A DNA stretch of 64,000 nt from a virus. Its lineage: Duplodnaviria > Caudoviricetes. The number at the start of each line of letters is the position of its first letter. Position 1 is the stretch's first letter. The position numbers were made by a program, and so were the translations under genes. The notes beneath the pieces are model-generated. The model did no database searches and had not been told where the DNA came from. It saw only the letters and a program-made list of their open reading frames with translations. Where the stretch lies: positions 1,050-65,049 of IMG/VR virus record IMGVR_UViG_3300034149_000113; one strand, written 5' to 3'. This document shows positions 62,019-64,000 of this stretch, one piece after another.

Positions 62019-62643
62019 GTTAAGTACCTCTTGGTGATGGGTAAGAAGTAAGTATACCTCAAAAATGTATAACAAGGGAAAAATTGAAGATCACGTTTAC
62101 GCGGTGGGTGACATAGCCTGGGCCGGGCGGGGGGGTTGGCCCACCGGGGCACACGGGTAGCCCATTGGTGCAGTAGCAGTGCGGCAACCTCCAAAGCCGT
62201 GAAGGTTTCATGCGGAGCGTGGACGTTTGGGATGGCGCGGTGCCTCAATCACCATAAGGGCCGTTGGGCCGGTGGGCATAGGGCTGTGCGTTCGGACCTT
62301 ACGACGCGGGATTGGCGCGTGCCTTGGCACCTGCGCGCCCCGACCCGGCTACCGGGAACTGGCTACCAGAACATTGATGCCAGATGACGAGCAAACCCCG
62401 CTCACGTCGCGCCATTCGAGAAAATGGAATGTTTGATTACCTGCGCGCATCGTCCGGTTGCCTAGCACCGAATCGAAGCTAGGTCGAAGCCAAATCTGTG
62501 ATGCTTTACGGGTTACACGCAAAGCGAGTTCTCGTCGGATCACTCGCCCATAACGTGTAACCCGCTTTCCTCTGCGGCTTGCGGTACGAATTGCAGGCCG
62601 CAGAGGATAAGCGGGTTACTGACTCAATCAAGTGAGGCATCAC

Positions 62644-63330
62644 ATGGCACAAGTTCCGAGCAAGTTCAAGCTGTTGGAATCCACGCAGTTCAAGGCTCTG
62701 GTCGGCAAGATCGGCCGGACGCAGGCCACGCTCACCGCCGATATCCAAGTGGCGGCTGTGCAGGCCGTGGCGCACTCCATCCTGCACGGCAACATCATGC
62801 CCGCGAGCCAGCTGTACGGCGCGATGGGCAAGTCGATGCGGAAGGACAGCCTGCTCGCGTGGCTGGAGACGTACGGCTGCGTGGTCTGGTCGACCGTCGA
62901 CAAGGTGATGAAGTACGACACGACGCGCAAGGGCAAGATGGAGTTCGACGACGAGGTGGCGGAAGTCCTGCTCGCCACGCCGTGGAACACCGCCGTGCGC
63001 CAGCCCGAGGCGGTATCGAAGTTCGATATCGACCAGATGTTCGACAAGTTCCTGGCGAAGTGCCGCAAGATCGCCAAGGACGCCGAAACCGACAAGTCGA
63101 TCAAGGTGGCGAACGTCGAGCTGCTCAACGTCCTGTCGAGCGCGTCGGCCCAGTACTTCGACGCCAAGGCCAAGGTCGAAACGCCGAAGCCGAAGCAGTC
63201 GAAGGGCGAGAAGCGCGCCGAAGCCAACCGCGCCATCAAGGTCGAGGTCGAGGCCCAGCAGCGCGCCGACAAGTTCAACGAGCGCGTCGTCGAGCCGACC
63301 CTGCACCTGCAACAGCAGCCGCAGTCCTAA
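62644..63330 (+). CDS. Conserved hypothetical early protein
   Basis: GAGG SD; very strong codon bias; I...Q.A..H...HGN pattern seen in phage early genes. Confidence 0.8.
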   Translation: MAQVPSKFKLLESTQFKALVGKIGRTQATLTADIQVAAVQAVAHSILHGNIMPASQLYGAMGKSMRKDSLLAWLETYGCVVWSTVDKVMKYDTTRKGKMEFDDEVAEVLLATPWNTAVRQPEAVSKFDIDQMFDKFLAKCRKIAKDAETDKSIKVANVELLNVLSSASAQYFDAKAKVETPKPKQSKGEKRAEANRAIKVEVEAQQRADKFNERVVEPTLHLQQQPQS

Positions 63331-63349
63331 CCAACGCAGTAATCACAGA

Positions 63350-63417
63350 GGTGGCCGGGGAGCGCAGGCTCCCTGGCCGCCTAACCAGTGGGTGGCCAAG
63401 CTATCCACTGGTTAGGC
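63350..63417 (+). other. Two tandem long hairpins (14 bp and 18 bp)
   Basis: GGTGGCCGGGGAGC/GCTCCCTGGCCGCC and GCCTAACCAGTGG/CCACTGGTTAGGC. Confidence 0.75.
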
Positions 63418-63484
63418 GTTGATGTATCAAACGTAGATGTGGATGATTACCACATCAATCGCAGATCACAGAGGAGGTTCAACG

Positions 63485-63730
63485 ATGGTACAGCGCGTCC
63501 CTTCGTTCGCTGGCAAGTCGCATCGCCAGTCAACTGAGTACGACACACCATATAAACACACACGCCACGACAAGTTGCGGGGGTTTTACAGCCCCCGCAA
63601 CGCGCCGCACGGGGGCGTGGTGACGACGCGACCGGCCACGCAGGTCGAGGTTGGGCCCGGCCACGAAGAGCCCAAGAGCGCTTACAACGAGCGCATGGCT
63701 AGGTATTTCAAGAGGTTAGGTGCTCGCTGA
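63485..63730 (+). CDS. Hypothetical protein running into the terminal repeat
   Basis: GAGGAGG SD before MVQRVPSF; its 3' end also appears at 1-108. Confidence 0.5.
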   Translation: MVQRVPSFAGKSHRQSTEYDTPYKHTRHDKLRGFYSPRNAPHGGVVTTRPATQVEVGPGHEEPKSAYNERMARYFKRLGAR

Positions 63731-63987
63731 TAGTAATTTGCGAGGCCTAATCCACCAACAAGGTTAGAGGCCCAGTTCAAAGGGCCACTAAGTCACTGAT
63801 TCGGCTGGGCGGGGGTTGGCCACAAGTGCCTTCTTCTTCTATATATTATAATATTTTAATATAGATGATGATTTAGGGTACGCGTATGCGCGCGCGCGAC
63901 CCTAGATTATATTTCCCGATTGTGCCCCCATGGTCTCCCCCCCTCCCCCTCACTCCTATTGGCACCCTATAGGAAAAGCAAGAAAGG
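63623..63987. repeat. Right copy of 365-bp exact direct repeat
   Basis: Identical to 1-365; followed by 13 non-matching nt. Confidence 0.95.
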
Positions 63988-64000
63988 ACCACCAAGAACC

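Noticed and set aside
1-64000. Prophage or temperate lifestyle
   Set aside because: No integrase, att pair, ParAB or CI/Cro switch found; polymerase L762 alone is weak evidence
63988-64000. 13-nt tail after the right repeat as a host junction
   Set aside because: Too short to interpret; may be assembly or adapter sequence

Overview
The window is essentially one complete GC-rich dsDNA tailed-phage genome. Unit length is about 63,622 bp, because bases 1-365 recur exactly at 63623-63987. A short-tailed podovirus-type virion is inferred from the head-tail adaptor, nozzle-like and ejection-protein genes and the absence of a tape measure or sheath gene. It has two convergent halves. The + strand arm (62.6 kb through the junction to 25.4 kb) carries many small early genes, a PNK-type phosphatase, tRNA-Tyr, a ~550-nt hairpin-dense non-coding block, a MoxR-type AAA+/vWA module and a replication module (family A DNA polymerase, Cas4-like exonuclease, VRR-NUC, HNH, SNF2 helicase, SSB-like protein, primase-helicase). 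The - strand arm (62.0 to 25.5 kb) carries an RHH regulator, HNH, an Acb2-like anti-CBASS protein, terminase, portal, scaffold, capsid, tail and fibre genes, ejection proteins and a 3619-aa polyvalent protein. I found no integrase, CRISPR array, reverse transcriptase or recognisable lysis cassette. The most unusual signals are four. (1) The giant polyvalent gene is an array of effector-like cassettes, each bounded by a YQA(S/T) motif, and it hides a 51-aa out-of-frame gene with a perfect Shine-Dalgarno. (2) A candidate large structured ncRNA lies directly behind tRNA-Tyr. (3) A strand-polarised 12-mer, CGACCTGTCACG, is written into early coding sequences in two different reading frames. (4) Many small early proteins share a C-terminal VAxR(L/M)S-like tag and lie around the AAA+/vWA module. 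All family assignments come from motif recognition by eye; no searches were run.
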